Part shown: positions 36,442 through 49,776 of the stretch, piece by piece
Position numbering within the stretch: the first letter of the stretch is position 1
How the letters are laid out: every line of letters starts with the position of its first letter
Assembly (NCBI GenBank): GCA_964035545.1
Contig: OZ037768.1
Location: 22,477,319 to 22,541,318 of the forward strand
Length of the DNA stretch: 64,000 nucleotides
Reading direction: 5' to 3'
Source of the DNA: Bugula neritina
Taxonomy: Eukaryota > Animalia > Bryozoa
Position numbers and translations under genes: made by a program
The notes under the pieces: model-generated
Databases searched by the model: none
The model's input: the letters and a program-made list of their open reading frames with translations, nothing else
What the model was told of the DNA's origin: nothing

Positions 36442-37721
36442 CTACTATAACACAGAAACACAAAACTGTAAGAAACCTCAGAAGAGAATAGGTACGTCTG
36501 CCCTGTGTATTTTTGACATCCATAGCTAGCAGTAAGTACAGGTAACAAATTTCACTCTAGCGTTTGCATGTGGCTTATATATAACTCATCGTCCAACTGC
36601 TAAGTTGTTGCAGCAAAATCTTTCAGCTCTTGCCAACATCTGTTGTTGCTAAACCAGGAAAATATGTAAATTAAACAACATTGTACCATGCTGTAGTAAT
36701 ATCGCAATACTTACAGTTTTATTTAATGTTCCAATTACATTCTTGTCTTTCAATTAGAACTGTTTATAGGCATGTGCACCTATCGAATTTCTTATAAATT
36801 ATCACACATCACGCATGTGTTATTTTTAATAGGTGTGAAGGATGTGAACTCACAAACTAGTAGCAGCCCAGTATGTGGCTAATATTATGTTATATTTGTA
36901 CTGCAACTAACTGATATGTCATATAAACTATTAAATTATTAAATCCACATTAATTTCATGCGTATACTTTATGATTCAGGTTTTTGACTAAGTTTTTTGT
37001 TCATATTGCAAGTAATAAGACAAAAACCTGCAAGAAGTGAACAGTCAGTATAAGTTATATGTCAGCCACAAGTAAATCATAAAATTATCTCTTGCTAAGA
37101 CCAATTTGTATTTTCATACAAGTTGCAGTCTCAGCAAACGAGGAAGAACTACAGAACATTAGCTGAAAGATGTCTACAACTTTGCCAGAACTTAGGATTG
37201 CAACAATACAAAGACTTGCGCAAGAAGCAAAATGTAGATATGAATGTATGTAGGTGTAGCCGTGTAGGTGTAAAAGTTTATCAAACATAAATAAAAGCTT
37301 AATATAGTATTGGAATATATATTGAAGTATATTATCATTAATTGGAAATAATCATATCAGTTAGGCTGGATCTTGTTTAATGACTATCGAATAAATCTAG
37401 CTTTTCTTGCACTCAGTTATCTTAATTTTTCACATTACATCTAACTTTGTAGTGGCAATTTCTAGTTGTTTGATTAATGACAAAATTACTTTGAAAACTA
37501 AAATCAAACAATAATATTGCTACAACAACTTTATTTTAAAAAAATATTACACAAATTAAAGTTTAAGAACATCAAATTAAAAATTAATTTTCTATGACGG
37601 AGTTTGCAAACAGCATTTTTCATATTGAAAAAATTGTCATAAAATGAATAGAACTGCCATACAAAAAAAACAACAAAATTTGCGTGTGATGTTATAAAAA
37701 CAACTACAACTGTACAAACTA

Positions 37722-40700
37722 CTAACTTTTATGTTTTGCTGACTTGAGACGATATTTAGTTGGTAACACAGAGACACCATACACAGGTCTTATTGTATTG
37801 GTTGTTAATGAAACTCGTCTCTGTGAATAATAAGATTTGTGAGGGGCGATACAATCTCGCCCCCTCCTAGAGTTGGGTGCTGTGCTAGGTCTACAGTCTA
37901 GAGTCGACTCATTAAAGTCTAGCTGCTGGGTAGTGGCTCGCATGTCTAGGGGTTGTCTTACCGATTTCTTAGCCTGAGAGTACGTGTAATGACTAGACTT
38001 AGGTCTACCCAGCTGAGTCTGGCGCTGATTCAACTTTTTCACTATACTAATTTCCTGACTACACGAGTTGCATGATGAAGGTCTCGCTGCCTTTTTTGTC
38101 TTACCAACATTATTGTCAGCAGTGATTCTAGTATAGCCTGTATATTGTTGTGATGCGCAGCACCCACTACATGATTTCTTGTTACAAGAACACAACAGAG
38201 ATTTCTCAGGGCAATCTCCGACACACGCTACTTGGGTGCAGTCTGCAGTGCACTTAGAATTGACCTTTGAACTCTTAGTGCTTTGAACTCTATTTCTAGA
38301 CAGCGTTGACGACGCACTTTTTTGTCTGATGTATTGCCGAGTTTTCGAAAATCTAGAATCTTCCACTCTCTCGGTGGCCAGCTGCAATCTCTCAAACTCG
38401 AGACACCTCATGAGTATCGTAGCCTCGTCTTTTCGCACAGTTGGCTTTAACTACAAACACATAGTTATGCTTTTGAAAATATATTTTTATACCAACAAAT
38501 ATAATATAATGGTAAACACACAAGTGATTAATGACTCATCTATTTTAGTTGAGTCATTAAAGTTTAATGTTTTAAAATCATAGAAGATATTCAGTCCCAA
38601 ACTAGAATATCTTTAGAAATATTCACTTTCCTCGCCATCTAATATTTTGACAATAAGTAAAAAACCATCTAAGCTTTGCATCATTTTCATGTCACCCCTA
38701 ACACAGTGCTGCTTCTAGTGATATTCAAATTCTACATGCTAATCACGTATACTATTATAGAAACCGTTGAATCGTGTTGTTATGCTGTTACACAAACCTC
38801 CAAACTAGCTTCTCGTTCTGCAATAGCTCGGAGATCTAACGACATTAACTCCGGTGAGAAGATGCTGTTGAACTCATAATGAGGCTGCCGTATAAACGTA
38901 GCGTCAAAGTCATAGCGATATCTGTCTTTCTTTCCTTCAAACACAGCTTCGGCGTCAAGTTTCTCCGGCCTCAGTGATTGGCTCATCTAAATCAAAATTT
39001 ATCAGACATACTGTTTAATTGGCCACTATTTTAGTCAATCATCCGATCATACTAAGTATAATAAAGTTATGTAAAAAAAACACACGTGAGAACAACTAAT
39101 GCATGGTTTTTAAAATTGTTGAAATAACACAATGCTACAGCAGATGAACCTTTTGATCATGTAGCCAGTAATTATTATTTTTTTATGTTACTTTTTGTAC
39201 ATTAATAATTTCCATTCAGTTGTGAAAAATTACCTTCGTCCATGTAGAGTCTGGAGTTGATGGAATTTTTTCATATAATTTATAAAACTGAATATGTATA
39301 GTATTCCCTAGAGATTCCTTCTGCTGAGTTTAATATTTGGAGTTGTCAGACAGAAAGTGCACGAAGCATGACTTGAGCAAAATCTAGCATATCTGGATAC
39401 GACTGAATGCTAAAATCACTAATGAAAGTAAGTTTTACTAGTCATTTAAATTCAATTTAAATGCTCCCACTTTTTCTATCTTCTACCGTCTATAATTTTA
39501 CATAATTGAGTTTTCTTAATCATTTTGATGAAAGTCAAAGTTTTGCCACCTGAAAAGGTAGCTATTGTAATTATCAAGTACTCTGCTTAGTAATTAACAA
39601 TAAGTTATCATTTTTATTAGCAGACAACATTTTAGCGAGCAGTCATTTTTCTGCTTCTCGGATCGATTTTTCGTCTTTCCATGGCCTTATTGCCTTGAGA
39701 TCGATCTGAGTTCGACCAGCTCAGAACGACTGAGATCGATCTTTGACGTCTTTCCATGAATCAATCTCACCGAGATCGATCTGAGATCGATCCATGGAAA
39801 GCCGGTGAATCAAACTTACTAATACTTTACATACCTTTGGCACCTTAATATGACCTTTATCTGGCGGTATCAGAGGTTCGGGAATTGTCTCATCGTCTGA
39901 TTTATCCTCATCTGTAATTACAGCTTTTCCATTTCTCAAATTGGAGTTGTCCTCTTTGCTTTCTTTTTCAATCTAATACGAAATAATAACTATAACTGAA
40001 CTAAATAGAATATCTCATCTAGCTTTCGAAACTTAGGATTCGAATTGCTGATCAGTCAGTAAGAATGATATATGAATAGTGTATTGCGCAACAAATATAT
40101 ACTCAAGTGTTCTATTTATTGGTATAAAATTTTAATAACTTGAAGCCTTGACTAAGTCAGGATGGCCAAACTCTCACCACACGTGTATTATTGGGTTGAA
40201 ATGGCCGTGATTCTATTTCCTCCTCTTCATCACTACTCAAACTAGCGACTCCACTTGTGCTACTTTCAGATCTCAGTTTATTTAAACGAAACTTTGGAGT
40301 TGCTGGATGCGTAGGCTGAGGAGTGAGTACAGTGTGCGTCTCACCTACAGGATATGGTTGAGTGAACATCCCTAGCAAACAGGTATTACAACAGTATATT
40401 GGTTCATTTATTATGCAGACTTTGCAATTTAGCATGTGTGTGTATGCATATATTCATATGAATATTTATTTGAAGGAAATTTCAAAGTGCAACAGCTTTA
40501 CGTTTAAATGAAATGCATATCATGTGAAAAGTTACAAAAAAAAATTTGAAAAAGTTCATTTTAACTACTGCTTATGCTGCATGGTTTCAAGCAGTAGACT
40601 CTCTGATATTATGACTTTTATCTACTTTTGTTACATTTAAATTAATTCACCTTGAAGAAAGACAACTCCCATTAGAGGTACAAAAATCAATTTCTTAACA

Positions 40701-43700
40701 TTTGACTTTTTAATAATTACATAGAATACATATTGCACAGAATCATGTTGAAGAGCAATATCAGTGTTTTTAATTATTTTTGATAGATCAATCAAAACAG
40801 GGGTGGAAGAATCAAAACAGGGGTGGATCAAGCAGAACAGGAGTTGACAGCTCAGATAAATTAATAACACAAGGAAGAGTGGGTTGAAATTATCAGAACT
40901 TTCAGTTCTACAAATTGTACAATTTAATATTGGCCTGACATCACAGAAATGAATATATAAAGTACTAGCACAGTCTATCCAATGCTTTACCTCTACTATC
41001 CTTCCCAATGATGGTTACTTTCTCCCCAAACTTTGACTCGATGCCGGTGTCCTGATCGTGCTGCAGTTCCGTGACGATGTCAGCCGTCAGCATGTCATAG
41101 TCTCCCCATGTCACATCCTGTGCCGTCTGGGAGTTCAAAATGTTAGATGATTTTGGTCGACTACGGCTAGAGGGTATAGCAGTTCGAGGTCTCCTCTCTC
41201 TGTAAATATTTACCAGGTAAGAGAATTTCTTTTATACTGACACTAAGTAGAGCAAACTCTATATTATTATGTTGAAGGGCAAAGTAACAGCTGTGATGTG
41301 TTGTGATTATCCAGTAGCCCCTGTAGTGTAATAGATAGCACCATGGTTTACAAGTTGGAGGTGTGCGGGTTCAATCCCTGGTTGGAGCAGATTTTTTTTA
41401 ACAGACTTGAAGACAAGGAAGAGCAAAATCTATAAACACTATAATAATTATTGCTACCTTCTTGGTCATAGATTGCAAAATATACTGGATTTCAGTTTGT
41501 TACCCTTCAATATAGTCTACTAAAATGTACGAAATTGCTCACTCCCATTTTTTGGTAAATTAAAACTTAAAGAATCCCTGACACACTTCACTTATGTAGT
41601 ACTAAAATATTCTTATATATGTTAGTTTTCATTTGCATACTGTTTTAAGGTTGGATCCCTAAACAATTTTGTTTTATAATGAATTTTGTGCAAGTATGTA
41701 CTGAAATGATTTGGGATTTCTGATCGCTTGGAAATGACATTTTCGGTCAGCTTTGACTTCACCACTACTATAAAACTTATACTAATTATAGCTAACTTTC
41801 ATTGCATGCTATTGTTAGCTGCTGCACTGCACAGCATGATCATTAATATGGCTTAAAAGTTCAAAGTTTAAACTTGTGAAACTATATTCTCCCTATTTGT
41901 TTGCACCATCTTTTTAACTTCCATAGATTGATTTGGCCACATAAATTGTGAGTCAGTTATAACAGCCTAGATAAACATGTTTCTAGTTGGTTCCAAACAC
42001 AGCTCAATAGTAATAGATGACCTCATAAATGGCTGACAAGTTTGGCTCCTAACTCATTCCCAAGTTTTCAAAGAAACTAACATCTTTGCACACCAACACT
42101 ACAAACTAGGACAAACTAAGACAACAATAGAAGGTAAACAACAGCTTTATATGAAATCAGCATCTATTGGATAGCAGAGAATGAATTAGGTGGGAATTGT
42201 TTAACAGCGATAAACAAACAAGCAATTAATATGAGAAGATATTATCATATATGTTTGCGTATTTCACTATTAATTATTTGCAACTAATTTCAAGTGTTTG
42301 TTTTATGTAATGGCAGCTTCACATTACATAATTGACAGTGAGAACATTCCTTCATGATTGATAGGTGATTAATAGGTGACTGATATGTGATTGATAGGTT
42401 ATTGATAGATTTTTGATAGGATTTTTTGAATAATTCAACAGCATGGCTTTTACATTCAACACTCACACTATCATCTGTATATATCGTTGAAAAAATATTG
42501 TAAAACATATGCAAATGAGTCTAAAAAACTTCATAAATATGAAACAATCGCAAGAGTAGATTTTTACTGTCTGCTGTTTTAGTAACTCGATGGTTCTAGC
42601 TTTAAATTTAGCTTCAAAAGTTAATAACAAATTTGTTACCAATTTATATCTAAAAAAGTTTTTAAAAAGCATTGTGTCAAACAATACCAATGATCCACAC
42701 CACATCAAGATAAAGTTAAGGGAGGGAGAGGGTGTTACCTGTCGTCTACTATACGGTTCACTGGTCTACACCTGGAGTGAGAACTCTCTGGTCTACACCT
42801 AGAATGAGAGCTCTCTGGTTTGCTGTGAATGTAGGGCTTCCAGGTCTGAGTATCGCTGAAGGCTTTATTACTGACAGCGAGTTGTGACCGGTATAAGCAG
42901 GTGCTGTTTCCCTCGTCAGTAGTGGCACCCTTAAACCGCTACAACGAATAGTTCACTACTGCATGCATACAGGGATACACAACATACAGCTACACCTTAT
43001 TTAGGGTATTATGTATTAACAGAAGCTATGCTTGCAATATACAGCAGCTTACTCTTTTATGAAAGAAAATTAGTTGAGGTAGCATTAAAATATTTTACAA
43101 GCAATGACCTCTGTTTATAAACACCATGACCTCTTCTAGCGCTTGGCTTCAAAAACATTTATCCACAATGCATTTCAACAAAAAGAGGAATTAGCAGCTC
43201 AAACTTGTGAATAAAGTTTAGTGTTTAAATCCAACCAATAGAAGAATTAATCTAGCAGTATAATAAGTACCTTGACAGGGGAGGCAACTTGTTTGATGTA
43301 TATTTATTATCACAATTAGCTAACGAAAGTGAAAGTTTTAAGTTAGATTCCAACGTTCCAACTATTTCATATTCAACCATTACATAAATGTGATAACATA
43401 AAGTAATAAAATATTTAATAGATAATATTTTCACTAAAGTATAAAATAAAGCAACCTCCCTAGGTAATTGAACGGTGAATGAGATATAAAAGTGGGAATA
43501 CTGGAAAGGATAATATAATATTATTGATTAGATTTGAGATTATATAACATAGAGGGCATAATATGACACACTACACCAGTGCCCTTCTATACAAATCGTG
43601 GCACGCAGATCGATTTATTGAGATTATTAGGCATGAGATGAGCACATGTACGGATCACGTGTCACGACTCGAGTAGGTTAATCGTGAATGACACAATCAT

Positions 43701-46700
43701 TATAAGTAGATGAATAAATCCTTTACTAGATAGTGTATACAATAACCAACATAATATCAATTAGAGAAATAAGATAAACAAGGCACTCATCACATGCGGT
43801 CATGCTTGAAATGTCGTCTGCTGAATGTAAACATTGATTTTATAATGCCGAACTGAGCAAATAAGGAATTTGCCTGCAACAAGCATTTTGTTTTCAAACT
43901 TATATTTTAAGCTACTTTAATAATTCAACAAAGACTATGCAGTTTTTCAAGTGTTTCTAATCTTGATACAAGTTTAACTAGCATGATTTAAACAAAACAA
44001 AAGAATTATTTAAATAATTTAAGCTTCTTCTAAAACCAAATGAAAAATGTTAAAAACTGACCACAGCTTTTACAAATTTTTAAAATTATGAAACGTTGTT
44101 TTAACACTGGATATATTTACTTATGGATGGCTACGCTTGGTTTTTTGAAGTTGTCTGCTTTATGCTTTACCAGTAATCCAAGTCCTCAATAATTTATGTT
44201 TTATGGCATCTCTCTTTTGTTTTAATAGTAAAAGAAAGAGGCAACATGTGACCACCACTTTTGTTATTATATTGAATTAAATTTTATATCATATTAATTT
44301 TTAATTAAATATATAATTATCATTTCCTTATATACTTATATTATAATTTACAGCTTAAACCACTGCTATCAACTGTTGCTATAATAACAATCATGATCAT
44401 AAATATTCAACCAGATATAATACACAGTATTGGTTTAGGCCAAACAAAACAGTAATATCATCTAGCTACTGTGTAATATTATTTGAGGAAACTGGACTTC
44501 AATCAACTTTCAAGATTCATTTAATAACAGTATGACACAATGTGGGGTTTGGTATAATCAATGATAGTGGGTGAATATCGAGGAGATTTTAAAGTAGTTA
44601 TTAGAGCTGTATGGGGCTGTTGTGTTGTGTTAGAGAAGCCATCTTTGAAGTACGCAGCTTATATTACAGCACAGAGAAGTGGTTAATTACAGCATCCTAG
44701 TAACCCATAAGTAGAGGGGAAACTAATTTCTGTATGAAAAACTTCCCTTGAGCTCTAATAATCTTTGCAGGGGGGAGGAGGATGAAAGGGGGAGGAGAAA
44801 AGGGGGAGGGGGGAAAGGGAAAAGGGCCAGAACTTAGTTCACCAATCAAACAACTTATTATAATAACATTGCTAAAAGGGAGACGAGAATCTTCTCTAAG
44901 GTTTAGAAAAAATTCGCTCATATCAAGCTGAACATTATTCATATTCTTCTATAAAATAGATTATATGTAATTTACTATGGATGATAAAAGTGTTAGCAGC
45001 ATTGAAAATGCATGAAAGTGTTCTAAATGGCACAGGAAACTGTGTTTTAGTTGTTTGAAAATGTTGAAATGATAATATATATAGATGAATTCTGCAAACA
45101 TTCTTATATCTTAATATTAATCTTATAATATATTTTATTATTAATTTTATGTCTATATGATACTAATATCATGTATATCAACATACCATATCATATAATA
45201 ACATTGTATTAATTAACTGTATAGCCTACTACACTATACTATATTGTACTATACCTTATTACACTACACTATACTATAAAGTAGGCTATATACTATACAC
45301 TATAATACACTATACTATATACACTATACTATATATTATACTATACACTATACTCTATACACTATACTATATACTATACACTATACTATACACTATACTA
45401 TATTATATACTATACTATATACTATACTATATACTATACGACACTATACTATACTAATATATATACTACACTACACAACACTAAGCCTTGGGACCTTATC
45501 TCATTTCTTCACTCTAGAATAGGGGAACTTACATTGAAACCAAGGCCTTTGAACCTATTGGAAAGGTTCCAACTCACATCTCTCAGCTGATCTGTTAAAC
45601 GTCTGAATTCAGTCTATAAACAAGATATAAATTCTTACAATGATACACCAACATCCTGTGAAATACATGAGTACACGAAAGGAGGGCCATTGATTATCAT
45701 AGGCAATTTTAGTCCAGGAGTTTTTTTCTTAAATGAACAAATCTTCAAGTAATATTCCAACTCCATGTATTGTAGTCTGGTATATAGCAACAGGGAAGTC
45801 TGGTGTCAAGTGAAGACTTGTCACATGACATGCAGAAGGATGAGAGTATCAAATAAGAGGAAAGTGGGACAGCACACTGGAAACTTATTGAGGGCAAATC
45901 TTTTTTAGCTTAAATTTTTAGTAGCTTTTTGATTTACAGCTTTATAATATTTTATATAGTAATTTTCCCGTACTACAGATGTATCTGCGAGAGAGTTGAT
46001 GTTAACAAGAACTTCCCATCAACAGAAAATAGGGGCAGTAATGCTTAAAAGATTGGGTTTTTAACTACTGCAGTGGTTCTCTAAAAGCTAATGATACTTT
46101 TTCATTAAATTACCCACACATCTACCACTCACTTATTAAGTTACTCACTAATAAGTTAATTAATTTAAATATAATAATTATTATTCATCAGGATAGATTT
46201 ATTTGGAGTTGTTAGTTCAACCTGTTCTGGTACAAGAAATTCCTAAGTCCTACAGTTTGAAGTTTTGTTGAGTCACTTACAGTTTCACTATTACCAGTCA
46301 ATAGTCACAATGATTGCTAGTCACACAATCCTATTAGTCACTGGTAAAAGTCAGCTAGTATCACTCTGGAGTCAGCAGAAATTCGAAGTAGTTTAAAGAC
46401 TTCTACACAAGAAAACTAACATATAAACATGTATTACAAGATTGGGCAGAGAAAAGAGGAGACTAGCTGTCTACGTGTATAACATAACTGAGCTTCATAA
46501 AATTACCATGCTCATTTTAGCTCTGGGTTGGGACGTGTGTGATACCCTCCATTCAGCTGGATTAGTAAATGTCTACATAAAAGTTAGTACTGGTCACATA
46601 ATGTAAAATTACAGTACTTATTAAACAAGTTTAGCTAAAATACTTCTATTGTGGTAGCATATTTAATGTAGGCGCAGGATTGGAGAAAAGGTTGTGTAGT

Positions 46701-47891
46701 ACATGCATGAGAAACATTGAACAAGGAGTTATGAGCTCTATAAAATTTTAACTCTCGTTCTACACTCAAAAACTTAGATGAAGAAAACTTAGGCTATTGA
46801 AAGTTCCCCCCTGCTATGGTGCAATAAATAGAATTTTCAGTGATTAAGGTATTTTAGGTGATAATAAAAACATCTAATTATGAAGTTGGAATGTAAGCCA
46901 AGGGAAAAATATGCATGCAGCAAAGTCAAACACAGACTATAAACAATTAAAATAGACATCATGCAAATTTCGAATTAATAACATTAATATTAGAAAAAAT
47001 TACCCATTTTTCTGCAAATGGAAATAAAAATAATTAATCTTATTAAAATGAAACGAAACTCTTAATAGTAAAAAGATTATCACCTTTATTTTGTAGTCCA
47101 TTGAGAAATACAAGTAACTTACCTTGGTGAAATGAAAGAGAGGCTGGTTGAGAGTTTCCATCACACTAGGAGTGTACGTGTGGTCTGCAATAAATTTATG
47201 ACCTGATGATCAGTAAACTATATCAGATATGTAAACCCCAGTGTAGAATATAGCGTAGCTTAGTGCATTGCATATAGTCAAGCCTGTTACAATCACCAAG
47301 ATCATTTGACAGCATTCCAAAAAATATCTAACCATAAAACACAATTTCAATTACAATTAGCCAACTTAAAGAAATTATACTGTTAGAAAACATGAGCTAA
47401 AAGACTAGAAAGCTGTAATAATATAAACTATTATTATAAAAAATATTCTAATTGATAAGGCTACACGCCTGACCAGTTTCAGTCGCTAAATCCACAGAGT
47501 GACAAGTGAGAGAGTGAGCTAAAACAATTGCTAGAAATGAAGACAATTAGTTCTCACCATTCAGAGAATTTAACTCAGCGCTGACGCTGTGATTGCCGTG
47601 ACTGGCGGTGCTACACCACGTTTTCCATTTTAGCGTGTTTGTATCGAGAGCAGAAGAATTCGTATCAACTCCTTCAGGAGTTTGACCGAAGTCAGAAGTT
47701 TCTCTCCAAGCGTTAACAAAGTTCATACTTGGAAGTGTTCCCACTAATCCACTAGCCTTTAATTGTACAGCGCTGCCGAGGTCAGCATGCTGACACGAAG
47801 TTGATGACACAGAATGACCTCTTAATTTGTCTTTTCTAGAAACACGATAAATAGCTAGAAGAGAATTGTCTCCTTTGTCAGGAAGAGCCAT
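37722..47891 (-). CDS. Uncharacterised 751-aa protein, largely low-complexity with a C-terminal Cys cluster; 11 exons
   Basis: Exons 47558-47891, 47123-47184, 46507-46572, 45533-45613, 42739-42938, 40991-41199, 40178-40371, 39835-39972, 39234-39287, 38798-38986, 37722-38450; all GT-AG, phases consistent, 2256 nt. Contains FDATFIRQPHYEFNSIFSPELMSLDL..ILMRCLEFERLQLATE, CTADCTQVACVGDCPEKSLLCSCNKKSCSGCC and several RPxS/T motifs. Confidence 0.8.
39418..39807. mobile_element. Truncated second copy (right half) of the CACCGG-TIR element
   Basis: Aligns to 28597-28987 (actaatgaaagtaagttttactagtcatttaaattc ... ccatggaaagccggtg), followed by AAT. Confidence 0.85.
41316..41400 (+). mobile_element. Degenerate tRNA-derived SINE head, family B
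   Basis: cccctgtagtgtaatagatagcacc..tttacaagttggaggtgtgcgggttcaatccc followed by a T-run. Confidence 0.5.
45225..45480. repeat. (TATAC/TACAC)n microsatellite
   Basis: Reiterated tatactatacac. Confidence 0.9.
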
Positions 47892-49198
47892 GTTTTATTG
47901 AGAGGTGAAATGATTACTGCAAGCTAATGAAAAGCTTGGCTTTAAATTACTATATGCCACGCAGGTGATTTTATATTGCTATTCTAATCAATAGTGTAAT
48001 AATGATATCTCTTTGAGAATTGTTTGGGTGTAGCTTTTAATATGAGAAACTTTGAGAGCGTGTTTAGTTAGGAATTATGCAATTCTATTAGATTTGGGTA
48101 ACAGTTAATTTGCAATCAAAGCATTTGTGAGTACAATAACAAACAGTTCCATTTGAAAAATTTGTTTACAATCCTAAGCAACAGACAAAAGTTATATTCT
48201 GTGTTTGCATAATGCTGATTAGTTTGTTATAAAAAGCAATAAGGAGAGTCTACTTTGATATAGAGTAGCGGCATTAGTTAATCTTGATAAACACAAAAGA
48301 GGAACTCAATATAACCTAGAAATTGTAATTCAATTGTTTGCAGAACGGAGACTGTGAAATTGAACGAATAAACCCATGTGCACACAATTAATAAGTATAT
48401 ATAATATAGAGGTGTGCATGTGCGTAGTTGGTAATTAAGGTTTGTAAAGCTAAAAGTTTACAATATAAATTTAAATTTCCTACTGCACTTAGAATGAAAT
48501 GAACGTACTGCTATCTTAAAAAATTCAAATGCTGTACACAGTTGGTTAAATGAAGACCTTCAAAGCACTTTTTCCACCAGACAAATTTAATATTACTGCC
48601 AAGAATATCTATTACAATATCCCTGTTGCCTGTACCTATTACCTGTAAATATATTATAGCCTGTATATTATTTACAAGTATATACTACACTGCATATATC
48701 ACCTGTATATATTGCTTATTACTTTTTGTATGTACACAGATGTATACTCCAGTGAGTAAAAACATATAAATAAGTAAAATTATCTTTTGATAATTCATGT
48801 GGGATTGTGACAATAATATAAGTTTAAACCCAAAATTTTATGCTGGCAATAGAAAATTCAACAAAACACTAAAATGTTTAGTTGTATTCAAAAAACTTAA
48901 TTAAACTTGGAAACATAGTGGAAGTCAAAAATAGCTGGAGTCAGAAATATTTAGAAGACAACACCATATAAGTCTATTTAGTGTTGCATCATGATCATAA
49001 TATTATTTTGCCATCCTATTAAAGTTTTACTAATCATAACAAAAAGGCCATAACTCCTAAATAAACTGCACACACAAATAATAGAAACTAAAATCTAAAT
49101 GGAAAAATAAATTTAGATAATATTGTATCATTGTCAGTGTAACAATGACAACTGATATTTTTACAAAAATACAACAATATTAATATTATAGATAATAT

Positions 49199-49776
49199 TG
49201 TGATAGATTCTCGTCCTCTACTGTTTTCAAGTAACTGCGTGTGTCAGTATTATAATTACTGTTGCGTATATTTTGAATGCTGTAATTGTAGCTAAGTTGC
49301 ACTAGCTTTCTAATGCCTTATTATTGTGATTAAGCTTTCAGTATAATGTAATTTTCATTAAATACGCATTTCCAGAGTTATTTTCCCTTTTTGCTATTTC
49401 ATCGTTTTGCATTAATACTGATACTGGAAATTTGTGTAGCTTTTATGAATGCCTTCAATAGGTTGTTATTATAGCTAAATTCTTGGCCTATTGAATTATT
49501 CATTCTCCTTTGTCTATTTTTCTTTTGTTACTGTCAAGCTTAACTTTCTTTTGTCTGTTGGAACATTCTAGATGTGAATTCTTGTGTATAAAAGCAGGCG
49601 AGTTTCCAGTGTAGATTCAGACTACTACTGGAGCTCGCTGGTAGTAGGACCACATAAGCTGTATCTGATGCAAATAAAGTTTATCTTTCATTCGTATTCA
49701 AATACTTGGCTTATTCTCTCTAACGCAAAGAGTATGTTCAAGCACTAGTTGCATTCATAACCCACAGTTTACTACA
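49199..49776 (+). mobile_element. Solo LTR (578 bp), probably Gypsy-like
   Basis: Starts TGTGATA, ends TACTACA; ATAT on both sides (49195-49198, 49777-49780); TATAAAAG at ~49587 followed by AATAAA at ~49673, i.e. U3-R-U5 order. Confidence 0.7.

Larger units (their letters stand above)
30947..38462. repeat. Tandem segmental duplication; units ~30947-34780 and ~34781-38462
   Basis: Unit starts align (ttgagctctatccaagtggctgtcaaatt / ttgagcactatccaagtgactgacaaatt), unit ends align (caactacaaacacat / taactacaaacacat), and exons and introns are colinear between them. Confidence 0.92.

Noticed and set aside
43389-43794. Second solo LTR (TGTGAT...ATCACA with TATAAAAG and AATAAA)
   Set aside because: The flanks (TAAA / TGCG) are not a target-site duplication and there is no second copy; insufficient support.
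44770-44828. G/A-rich tract with G-quadruplex or triplex potential
   Set aside because: Isolated intronic low-complexity run with no supporting context.
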